Assembly (NCBI GenBank): GCA_049720225.1
Contig: JBNASD010000003.1
Location: forward strand, 143-64,142
Direction: 5' to 3'
Origin: Microgenomates group bacterium
GTDB lineage: Bacteria > Patescibacteriota > Microgenomatia > PFEM01 > JBNASD01
Length of the DNA: 64,000 nucleotides
The notes under the pieces are model-generated. The model had not been told where the DNA came from. It ran no database searches and saw only the letters and a program-made list of their open reading frames with translations. The stretch's first letter is position 1; the number at the start of each line of letters is the position of its first letter. Positions 47,411 to 56,173 of this stretch are shown in pieces. Both the position numbers and the translations under genes were made by a program.

Positions 47411-48916
47411 ATGATTAAGAATATTAATTTTGCTCTTCTTAATTTAACGGGTGATCTTTACGCTCGCGGTTCTCGACAACTAGTAGGCTTTTTAAATCAA
47501 CATGGAATAAAAAGCGAAATTTTTTTCCTCCCTGGAGAAAAAAATTTAATTGGCTTAGGACTTAAAGGGACTAAAAGACTAACCAATGAAGACTTAAATG
47601 TTCTTTTGCGGTTTTTAAAAAAATACCAGGTAATTGGTTTCTCTTCGATGGCCGACTATTTTATTAAAACCAAAGATCTAGGCCAAAAACTTAAAAAAAC
47701 TTTTCCGCAAAAAATTTTTCTTTTAGGAGGTATTTTGGGTATTACTCAAAAAGATGAATTAATTAAAGAAAACTGGATAGATGGAATTTGTTTTCAAGAA
47801 GGAGAATTAGCAATGTTAGAGTTCTTGGAAAGATTGGTAAAAAATTATTATTATTGGAAAACACCTGGCTTTTATTTTAAAAAAGAAGGAAAAATTTTTA
47901 AAAATAAAGGAAAAAAATTAATTAATAATATAGATCAAATCCCTCCCGTTGATTATTCAAAAGGCCTAATTGTTTTAAATGGTCAATGTCGAAAAATTTC
48001 CCCTCAAGATATCAAAGACTTCTTTGGCACTACTCTTTGGACAGCAACCAGCCGAGGATGTTATTTTAGGTGTTCTTACTGTATTAACTCCTTTCTTTCG
48101 CCAGAAGAAAAAAAAGTAAGATTTCATTCTCCTGAATATGTAATTAAAGAAATAAAGCTTAATTTAAGGAAATTTAATTTTTTAAATTGTGTTTATTTTA
48201 ATGATGAATCAATGAGTTTTCGGAAAAAAGAAGAATTAGAAAATTTTTTAAAAATTTATAATCAACAAATTGGCTTACCTTGGGGCGCTTATTTTGATCC
48301 CTTCACTTTGAATCCTAACCAAATTGATTTTTTAGTCAAAAATGGTCTGAAAAAATTTAAAATTGGCTTACAATCGGGAAGCAAAAGAATTAATTTTTAT
48401 TTTTTTAATCGAAAAACGGATTATAAAAAATTTAGAAAAATTCTTGAAAAAATAAAAAAATACCGAGGTAAAATCTCTTTACCAATCATCGATATCATTA
48501 CCGACATCCCCTGGGCTAATAAAAAAGACTTAATTAAAGAAATAAGTTTTTTAAATTCTCTTCCTCGTCCTTTCACTATTGAAGCTTTCTCTTTAAGTCT
48601 TTATCCCGGATGTACAATTTATAATCAAGCAATAAAGGAAAAAATAATTTCTCCCTCCCCGCTTACCATCCAGAATCATGTAGCAGGATCCAAAAAAATC
48701 TATGGAGGAGTAATTCTTCCCTTAGCCTCTTTTTTAAACATTCCCCCTCAAATATTAAAATTAGTTAATTTAAATTGGCAGTTGCCTATCTTAGCCAAAT
48801 TATTAAACTACGCAGTAAAAATAAGAAAGCTTTTTTACCAAATTAAAGCTAAAGATCCTACTTTATTACCTTATAAAATCGGTCGATATTTAAAAAATGA
48901 AAAAAAGAAATATTAA
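47411..48916 (+). CDS. Cobalamin-binding-domain radical SAM protein (divergent)
   Basis: LGG, EGE, SRGCYFRCSYC, NDE, GLQSGS, YPG. Confidence 0.82.
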   Translation: MIKNINFALLNLTGDLYARGSRQLVGFLNQHGIKSEIFFLPGEKNLIGLGLKGTKRLTNEDLNVLLRFLKKYQVIGFSSMADYFIKTKDLGQKLKKTFPQKIFLLGGILGITQKDELIKENWIDGICFQEGELAMLEFLERLVKNYYYWKTPGFYFKKEGKIFKNKGKKLINNIDQIPPVDYSKGLIVLNGQCRKISPQDIKDFFGTTLWTATSRGCYFRCSYCINSFLSPEEKKVRFHSPEYVIKEIKLNLRKFNFLNCVYFNDESMSFRKKEELENFLKIYNQQIGLPWGAYFDPFTLNPNQIDFLVKNGLKKFKIGLQSGSKRINFYFFNRKTDYKKFRKILEKIKKYRGKISLPIIDIITDIPWANKKDLIKEISFLNSLPRPFTIEAFSLSLYPGCTIYNQAIKEKIISPSPLTIQNHVAGSKKIYGGVILPLASFLNIPPQILKLVNLNWQLPILAKLLNYAVKIRKLFYQIKAKDPTLLPYKIGRYLKNEKKKY

Positions 48917-50483
48917 CTGTTTATTAATCAAAGAAATAATTATTATTTTAATTTTTTTAATTTTAATTTTAGGCTCCTGGGGACCGCTGCTGGTCCATTT
49001 TCTTTTCCCCCCCTCCGGAAAAATTTTTTTAGGAAGCGTTGGTTTTCCTCATGATTTCTTTGGCAATTTAATTTCTTATCAGCAAGGAAGATTAGGCCAT
49101 TGGCTTCACTACTCCAAAATTTCTAGTACCCTCTCTTCTCCCCCTACCCTCGTAAGATGGGAATATAACCTTTTAGGCCAATTAAGTCGCCTTTTACCTT
49201 TTGAGGAAATTATCTCTTTTCATCTTTTTCGCTTTCTTTTTTCCTTAAGTTTAATTTTTTTTACTCTTGTTTTTGTTTTTTCTCTTTTTCCTTCCTTTTA
49301 TCTACCGGCGTTAATTTTAGCCTTTTTTTCCGCCGGTTGGGAAACAAAATTAATTAGCCTCTGGACCCCGTTAGGAGTTTTTCAACGATGGGCCTATTAC
49401 CCTCATTATTTATGGTCATTTGTCTTTTTCTTAGCTGGTTTTTGGTTTTTAGTAAAAGCATTGGAAACAAAAAAAATCTCATTTTTAATTTTTGCCAGTA
49501 TTTTTAATTTTTTTGCTAGCAATCATCCCCCGGTAATTTTATCTTTTTATCTTACTTTACCTTTTTATCTTTTGATTTTTATTTATCAAAAAAAACCAAC
49601 TACAAAAGATTTTCTAAAAGAATGTTTATTTCTTTTTATTTTTTCTGTTTCCGCTTTGCCCTTTTTGGTTTATCTTTATCAGGTAAGAAATCTTCATCCC
49701 TGGGATTTACTTTCTAAATTTGATTTAGCTTATGATTTTAAAAATTATCTTTCTTTTGGGGATATTTTAAAAGGATTAGGACCAGCAAGTATTTTTGCCT
49801 TCCTTGGCTCTTGGTTGGCAATTAAAGAAAAAAAACGAATTTGGTGGTTTTTGGCACCCCAAAGTTTTGGATATCTTTTAGGTTTTTTTCTTGTTTCTTC
49901 TTTTATTGGCTACAACAGTATTCGTTTTCTCCAAACGCCATTTTTTATTTGGTTAGCTTTTTTAACTACTCTTTTTTGGCAAAAAATTTTTCCGAAAAAA
50001 AATTTCTTAAGTGTTTTATTATTTTTCTTTATTTTTCTTTTTCCCGGTATTCCGGGATTAAAATTTAGTTTCCAAACCAACATTAATAATTTCTCCTCCA
50101 CCCATCCTTATATTTTTACTTCTCCTTTTAAAAAAGAAGCGCTTAAATGGCTAAAAGAAAATACTCAAGAGAAAGAAATTATTCTTTCTTCTCCTATCAA
50201 TGGAATGTTAATTGCTGCTTTTGCTGGAAATTATCCTTATATCACTGTTTATCTTCCCCAAGAGAAAGAATTTTCTTTTATTTGGGAAAATTATTATAAT
50301 TTTTTTAAACAAAATTGGTCTACTAACCAAGCAGAAGAATTTCTTAAAAAAGAAAATATAAGATATATTTTTTGGGGAGAGGAAGAAAAAAGTTTAAGTG
50401 GAAAAAACAGTTTAGATTATCCCTTTTTAGAAAAAGTCTTTGAAAACTCTTTAGTTTCCATATTTCGTTTTAATCCCACCTAA
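48897..50483 (+). CDS. Polytopic GT-C-like membrane protein (paralog 2)
   Basis: DFFGNLISYQQGRLGHW; YPHY; WLKENT...AFAGNYPY; FLKKENIRYIFWG. Confidence 0.62.
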   Translation: MKKRNINCLLIKEIIIILIFLILILGSWGPLLVHFLFPPSGKIFLGSVGFPHDFFGNLISYQQGRLGHWLHYSKISSTLSSPPTLVRWEYNLLGQLSRLLPFEEIISFHLFRFLFSLSLIFFTLVFVFSLFPSFYLPALILAFFSAGWETKLISLWTPLGVFQRWAYYPHYLWSFVFFLAGFWFLVKALETKKISFLIFASIFNFFASNHPPVILSFYLTLPFYLLIFIYQKKPTTKDFLKECLFLFIFSVSALPFLVYLYQVRNLHPWDLLSKFDLAYDFKNYLSFGDILKGLGPASIFAFLGSWLAIKEKKRIWWFLAPQSFGYLLGFFLVSSFIGYNSIRFLQTPFFIWLAFLTTLFWQKIFPKKNFLSVLLFFFIFLFPGIPGLKFSFQTNINNFSSTHPYIFTSPFKKEALKWLKENTQEKEIILSSPINGMLIAAFAGNYPYITVYLPQEKEFSFIWENYYNFFKQNWSTNQAEEFLKKENIRYIFWGEEEKSLSGKNSLDYPFLEKVFENSLVSIFRFNPT

Positions 50484-50491
50484 GGGGTGGG
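50474..50491 (-). repeat. REP-like hairpin (copy 6, reverse); provides the TAA stop of 48897..50483
   Basis: TCCCACCTAAGGGGTGGG. Confidence 0.85.
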
Positions 50492-50503
50492 CAGAGGAAG
50501 AAA

Positions 50504-52171
50504 ATGAAAAAACTAATTGTGGTTTATCTAATAAGTTTTTTGATTGCTTTTTTAAATATTTTTCAAGTTGTTTGGTACGAAGCAAAAACCCCTTATAATA
50601 CCCAATATTTAGCCCCTGATGGTCATTATCCAATTGATTATTTCGCTTATCTTATCTCTATTGCTCAGGGTTTTCGAGGAAAATGGCAATTAGTTAATCT
50701 TTTAACCAGCGAAAACACTCCCTCCTACTGGGTAATAAGTTGGCCGTATTTGCTAATAGGTCATTTTTCAAGAATTTTTGGTCTTCTTCCTCAATTTGGC
50801 TATTGGATCGCCGTTTTTGGATTAACTTTTTTAATAATTTTCATCACCTATTTCCTTATTAAAATTACTTTGGCTAAAAATAAATTTTTAGTTTTTCCGG
50901 TTTTTTTAATTTATATTTTTGCCGGGCCTTTTTGGCAAATTAATAACCTTAATCCTTTAAAAATAGATTTTTTTCCTTTAACCTGGTATTATAAAACGCT
51001 TATTTTTAGTCGTCTTTCCGCCATTCCTCATCATCTTTTTGCTAATCTTCTAATTCTTCTTTTTTTTCTTTTCTCTTATTATTTTTTTGAAAATTTTTTA
51101 AAGAAAATTCATTCTCGAAAAAATTTTTTTTATTTCTTAGCGATTACCTTCGTTTTGGTTTTAATTTTTTCTCTCACTCCGATTAAAATTACTTATCTTT
51201 TTTTTACTTTTATTTTAACCTTTATTTATTGTTTCTTTCTTCATTATCGTCACAAAATTTCCTTTCGATTATTCTTTTTTAAAATTCTTTTTTATCTCAT
51301 CCCTCTTGGTTTATTACTTCTCTTTTTTGGTTTATATTTTCAAAAAAATTCCCAAGGAGCTTTTTTACCGGAATTAAAAACATTTGAAAAAGAAGAAATG
51401 GAATTTCCTTCTCTTAAAAATTTTCTTTTAGGTTCAGGACCGCTTTTAATTTTGGGGATAATCGCTTTTTGGTTATTAATTTTTACTGGTTTTAATCAAA
51501 TTTCTCCCTTTCTTTTTCTCGGTTTAACCGCCACTTTTTTATCTTATCTTCTTTTTTATACCCCATTTTCTGCTTTTTTTAATAATCATAATTCACGATT
51601 GCTCTTTGGAGAAAGTTATCTTTTTTTCTCTATTACCCTAGGATTAAGTCTGGAAAAAATTGCCCTTAAACTAAAATTAAACCCCAAAAAATTAATTATT
51701 TTTTTTCTTTTATTTTTTACTCTTTTTTCTCTTCCTGCGTGGTATGCTTATCTTCCTACTAGGTTAGAAACGGATCCTTTTTTTGAAAAAAACTATCGTT
51801 ATCTTCCTTTAGAAATAATTGAAGGTCTCACTTACTTAAATACCAAAAGTAATTCCCAAACAATAATTTTAACTCCTCCTAATTTCTTAGGATTAATTTT
51901 GCCGGTTTTTGTCGAAGGAAGAGTCTTTTGTGGATCGCCCAGCGGTACCCATCAATATTATCCGAAGGCTTTGATGGCGGCTAATTTTTATGGAGAAAAA
52001 ACCTCAATTGAAGAAAAAATAAAATTTCTTAAAGAAAACAAAATTAAATACGTAATTTACGTTTCTCCTGATTTAGACCCTAACCTTCCCGATTATATTT
52101 CTAAAAATTTCTCAAAATTAAATTTAAAACTAATCTTTTCTAATTCAAAAATAAAAATCTTTGAATTTTAG
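50504..52171 (+). CDS. Polytopic GT-C-like membrane protein (paralog 3)
   Basis: DYFAYLISIAQGFRGKW; IPHH; FLKENKIKYV. Confidence 0.62.
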   Translation: MKKLIVVYLISFLIAFLNIFQVVWYEAKTPYNTQYLAPDGHYPIDYFAYLISIAQGFRGKWQLVNLLTSENTPSYWVISWPYLLIGHFSRIFGLLPQFGYWIAVFGLTFLIIFITYFLIKITLAKNKFLVFPVFLIYIFAGPFWQINNLNPLKIDFFPLTWYYKTLIFSRLSAIPHHLFANLLILLFFLFSYYFFENFLKKIHSRKNFFYFLAITFVLVLIFSLTPIKITYLFFTFILTFIYCFFLHYRHKISFRLFFFKILFYLIPLGLLLLFFGLYFQKNSQGAFLPELKTFEKEEMEFPSLKNFLLGSGPLLILGIIAFWLLIFTGFNQISPFLFLGLTATFLSYLLFYTPFSAFFNNHNSRLLFGESYLFFSITLGLSLEKIALKLKLNPKKLIIFFLLFFTLFSLPAWYAYLPTRLETDPFFEKNYRYLPLEIIEGLTYLNTKSNSQTIILTPPNFLGLILPVFVEGRVFCGSPSGTHQYYPKALMAANFYGEKTSIEEKIKFLKENKIKYVIYVSPDLDPNLPDYISKNFSKLNLKLIFSNSKIKIFEF

Positions 52172-52178
52172 CCCTTTT

Positions 52179-52195
52179 TCCCACCTAAGGGGTGG
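52179..52195 (-). repeat. REP-like hairpin (copy 7, reverse); provides the TAG stop of 52185..53786
   Basis: TCCCACCTAAGGGGTGG. Confidence 0.85.
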
Positions 52196-53786
52196 CTAAA
52201 ATATGAACTGTTAAGCCCAAGGTAGGAAATTCTTTTTCGGCAATCTTTTTTTCTCGATTGCTAATTAAAAATTCTTTTGCCTGCAAGGCAGTTCCTAAAT
52301 TGGCTTTCCGAAAGTCAACAGTATCTAACATTCCTCCTTCTTTAATTTCTAAAACGATAAAATAAGAAGAGTATTTATCTTCCCTTATTCCCCACCCTGC
52401 CTTTTGACCAACCGCAAAGTAAAAATTAAAAAGAAGGGGACTAAATTCATTGGTAAAATTCAAAGGAATTACTGGTTTTCTCAAATCAACTTGAGAAAAA
52501 ATAAATTTAAAAACATCTTCTTGTTTTTCCTGCTTTTGATAGTCGGGATATTGGTGGGGCCAATTATCACGGGTAAAATCAAACCGCCAACTCCGATATT
52601 GATCTTGCTCGTAAAAAACCGCGGTATCACTTTCATGAGAAACAGTAGGTCGTAAAATTTTTGGTAAAAAAATTAAATCTTTTAAAATTACCCCTCCAAA
52701 GATTAAAAACCCAGAAAAAAATATCCCTCCTAAAAAAGTTTGCCGAAGAATTATTTTTTTAAAAAAGCTAAAAATTAAAAATAAAATTTTTTCTAATCCA
52801 AAACTGGCAACCACCAAAAATCCAGGAACACTGGTAAAAATAAATCTTCCCTGATTATTGCCCATATGTCTTTCCGCTAAAATAAAATTAATTAAAAAAA
52901 GAAACCCCAAAATTCGCAAACGAAAGTCTCTTGGCCACCATTTAAAGGAATAAACAAATCCCAAAAAAGCCAATAAGAAAACTAAAGGGGAAAAAAAGTA
53001 CTCAAAAGCTAAAACAAGAGGGTAATATAAAAGATGGCCAATTACTGTTGTCTCGTAAAGATGAATGGTAAACCGGTTTTGTAAAATTAACCAAAATTCT
53101 TGCCACCGACCAGACGGAGAAAGCCAAATAGCTAAAACTAAAAATACGGGTAAAAACAAAATTAAATTTTCTTTTAATCGGCGCCAGAAAAAAAATTCTA
53201 ATCCCAAAACCATCAAAACTAATACTCCATAATTATATTTAGTGAGGGTTAAAATTAAACTTACCAATCCGCTTAAAAAAAACCAAAATAATTTTTTTTC
53301 TTCCCGTCCTTTAATATAAAACCAAAAAGCTAGTAAAGTTAAAACCGTCCCTAATCCTTCTTTCATTGCCGTAGAATAGTAATATAAAATTAGCGGCGAA
53401 GTAAAAAGAAAAAATAAAACTAAAAAGGAAGCTAAAGATTTTTTGCCACTTATTTTTAAACTTATTTGATAAATCAATAAAGCAGTAGGAAAAATTAATA
53501 AAAAACTCACCAAGCGAGCAGTAAAAAAATTATAAGGCAAAAAAATTGTAGTCAAACCTAAAAACCAAGACTGAAAGAAAGGATAATAAAACTGTGATTG
53601 GGTAATTTTTAAAAATTCTTGCCAATTGCCAGCCCGCAGGGCTTCATGAACCCGATATCCCTCCCAAATATAACCCGCCTCATCCCACATTACTATTCCC
53701 GGCAAAAAATGAAAAAAAGAAAAAAAGGCAAAAAGAATTAAAACAAGAAGAAAGAAAAATTTTATCTCCCTAAATTTAATCCTCAT
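52185..53786 (-). CDS. ArnT/PMT-like (GT-C) glycosyltransferase
   Basis: WDEAGY, YPF, ARLVS, LTKY, RF; many TMs. Confidence 0.75.
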   Translation of the reverse strand: MRIKFREIKFFFLLVLILFAFFSFFHFLPGIVMWDEAGYIWEGYRVHEALRAGNWQEFLKITQSQFYYPFFQSWFLGLTTIFLPYNFFTARLVSFLLIFPTALLIYQISLKISGKKSLASFLVLFFLFTSPLILYYYSTAMKEGLGTVLTLLAFWFYIKGREEKKLFWFFLSGLVSLILTLTKYNYGVLVLMVLGLEFFFWRRLKENLILFLPVFLVLAIWLSPSGRWQEFWLILQNRFTIHLYETTVIGHLLYYPLVLAFEYFFSPLVFLLAFLGFVYSFKWWPRDFRLRILGFLFLINFILAERHMGNNQGRFIFTSVPGFLVVASFGLEKILFLIFSFFKKIILRQTFLGGIFFSGFLIFGGVILKDLIFLPKILRPTVSHESDTAVFYEQDQYRSWRFDFTRDNWPHQYPDYQKQEKQEDVFKFIFSQVDLRKPVIPLNFTNEFSPLLFNFYFAVGQKAGWGIREDKYSSYFIVLEIKEGGMLDTVDFRKANLGTALQAKEFLISNREKKIAEKEFPTLGLTVHILATP

Positions 53787-53816
53787 TTTCTAGTTTTAGT
53801 TCATTATATAATAAAA

Positions 53817-55406
53817 ATGATGAGAAAAATTCTGAAAATTAATTTTTTTTATTTCACGGAAAAAAAGGAATTAATCGGAGTAATTTTTCTTTCTTTTTTT
53901 GCGTTATTTTTAAGTCTTATTTCTACCTTTACTGATATTTTTTTCCATGCTCCCCCCAACACCGTCTACTCTTTTGCTCATAATTATATGCCTGATTATT
54001 ATCAATATCTTTCTTGGATGAAAGATGGCGCGGATGGTAAATTTTTTATCACTTCTCGTTATTCGGCAGTTGATTTCGTACCTAAACCAGTTTATCTTTT
54101 TTATCCTCTTTTAGGTTTTCTCTCGCAAAAAATGGGTTTACCTTTAGTCTTTGGCTATACCTTAGGGCGAATTTTTTGGGCGGGAGTTCGTCTTTTGGCA
54201 ATTTATTTTTTAATTACTCAGATAATCAAAAAACCCTACTTGCGTTTATTGACTTTTTTTCTTTGTTTGTTTCTTCCCCCTTTTTACCAAATTTTTTCCG
54301 GAAAATTAACATTTCAAAATATCTCCAATTTAGACCCCCTTGCCCGTAATCTTTTTATCCCCCACGACAGCGCTACTTTAGCTCTAATTTTGTTTTCCGC
54401 TATTTTTTTTAATTTTTATCTTCGGCAAAAAAAAATTCTTTTTCTTTTTTCATCCGCACTTCTTTTAAGCATTGCCTCAGTTTTTAATCCGGCAATTACC
54501 AGTTTATTTTTGCTTTTTCTTGCCGGTGGTGGTTTTTTATATTTGGTTAAAAACAAAAAATTTTTTCCTTTATTATTGGGAGGAATAATTTTGGCTATTT
54601 TTAGCCTGCCAATTCTTTTTTACTATCAACATCTTTTTGCCACTACTCTCCCTTTTTCGTGGATGTTTCATCGCCAAAAAACAGTAGTGGTTTTGGATTT
54701 TAAGAATCACTTTTTGGCTCTTTTACCGTTTTTATTAGTTGGTTTTTGGGGATTTTTAAAAAGCTTTTCTCAAAAAGATTTTTTAACTAACTTTCTTTTA
54801 AGTTGGGTAATTATCTCTTTTATTTTAGCTCCTCTTTTAGGAAGAATTCTTCCTTTATCGCAAGAACGCCTTTTTGAAATATCTCATTTTTTACCGTTGG
54901 CAATTTTTGGCGGAAAAACTTTAGAAAGCTTAAGGGGAATTAAATTTAAAATTGCCTTAACTTTGCTTTTTTTATTTATTCTCCCCTATTTCGTTTTTGA
55001 TTTGAAATGGCATATCAAGCAGTTTGCCTCTCCTTATTTTAATATTTATATTCCTATTACTACCCTTCAAGCATTTGGGTGGCTTGATCAAAATACTCCC
55101 CCTCTCTCGGTAGTCGCCGCTGGTTATTACACTGCCAATATGATTCCTGCTTTTTCTCACAATCGCGTGTTTTTTGGTCATGATTTTACTACTTACTTGG
55201 CGGAAGAAAAACTTCAAGAATTAAATCTTTTATTTTCTCCTTCTACACCAGAAGAAGAAATTAAGGAGATTCTCCAAAAAAATAAAGTTGATTATTGGTT
55301 TTTTAGTCCAGAGACGCCAACTATTCCTTCTCAATTGATAGAAAAATTAGGTTTTAAATTGATTTTTTTCAATCAAGGGAATCAAATTTACCAAGTGAAA
55401 TTTTAA
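53817..55406 (+). CDS. Polytopic GT-C-like membrane protein (paralog 4)
   Basis: DYYQYLSWMKDGADG; IPHD; WLDQNT...ANMIPAFSHNRVFFGH. Confidence 0.62.
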   Translation: MMRKILKINFFYFTEKKELIGVIFLSFFALFLSLISTFTDIFFHAPPNTVYSFAHNYMPDYYQYLSWMKDGADGKFFITSRYSAVDFVPKPVYLFYPLLGFLSQKMGLPLVFGYTLGRIFWAGVRLLAIYFLITQIIKKPYLRLLTFFLCLFLPPFYQIFSGKLTFQNISNLDPLARNLFIPHDSATLALILFSAIFFNFYLRQKKILFLFSSALLLSIASVFNPAITSLFLLFLAGGGFLYLVKNKKFFPLLLGGIILAIFSLPILFYYQHLFATTLPFSWMFHRQKTVVVLDFKNHFLALLPFLLVGFWGFLKSFSQKDFLTNFLLSWVIISFILAPLLGRILPLSQERLFEISHFLPLAIFGGKTLESLRGIKFKIALTLLFLFILPYFVFDLKWHIKQFASPYFNIYIPITTLQAFGWLDQNTPPLSVVAAGYYTANMIPAFSHNRVFFGHDFTTYLAEEKLQELNLLFSPSTPEEEIKEILQKNKVDYWFFSPETPTIPSQLIEKLGFKLIFFNQGNQIYQVKF

Positions 55407-55452
55407 AATTGATTATTGACAATTGAAATAAAAATTGCTAATTTAAAAAAGT

Positions 55453-56142
55453 ATGGAGGAAAAACCTGATTTGAAAAAAATCGCCGCGGGAATGATTTTG
55501 GGATTGGTAATTTTAGGAGGTGCCTTATATTTTGCCTGGAAATACTCCCAAAAACAAGGAATTAAACTTACTTTACCTTCGGGAGGAACTTATACTGGCG
55601 AAAAAAGTGGTTTTCAAGATGCTAATCCCCCCACCGCCCCTCTTCGTTTTACCGCCCCAGCAGATGTGGAATGGGTTACTTATCAAGGAAAAGTCTATCC
55701 TTACACTTTTTCTTATCCTAAAACTTTATCTTTAGCCAATTTTCCCAACGATCCTTTAGACGCCGTTGGAATTGCTTGGGGTAATCTTAACCCTCAGTTT
55801 AATATTTTGTTAGATATTGAAAATATTGAACAATTAGACCCCCAAAACGTCGGTAATACCGAAGCTTTTGTTCACAACTGGTGGAAAAGATTTTCTGGTC
55901 TTAAAGGAGTTTTATCGGTAGACAGATTCACCAATGCTAATGGTTTAAAAGGTTATAAAGCAATTTACATTAACACCGCAGGACAAACTCCTAATGTTGA
56001 CATCTTTTTTGAAGTACCGCGTAATCCTAAATTAGTAATCCATTTAGCTAATGGGATTTTGGATCCTTTAATTTTTAACCGCATTGTTGATAGCGTCAAT
56101 TGGCTTTCTCCTACCCCCAGCCCCACTCCTCCTTCTCAATAA
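55453..56142 (+). CDS. Membrane-anchored hypothetical protein (PsbP-like fold possible)
   Basis: TM; YTFSYP; FNRIVDSV; TTGACA-17-TAATTT upstream. Confidence 0.6.
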   Translation: MEEKPDLKKIAAGMILGLVILGGALYFAWKYSQKQGIKLTLPSGGTYTGEKSGFQDANPPTAPLRFTAPADVEWVTYQGKVYPYTFSYPKTLSLANFPNDPLDAVGIAWGNLNPQFNILLDIENIEQLDPQNVGNTEAFVHNWWKRFSGLKGVLSVDRFTNANGLKGYKAIYINTAGQTPNVDIFFEVPRNPKLVIHLANGILDPLIFNRIVDSVNWLSPTPSPTPPSQ

Positions 56143-56173
56143 TTCTTTTAAAAAGATATAATAAAATTAATTT

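Noticed and set aside
21973-52195. CRISPR array or integron attC sites from the CCACC/GGTGG hairpin
   Set aside because: Copies are kilobases apart, too short, lack RYYYAAC/GTTRRRY ends, and no cas or intI gene is visible
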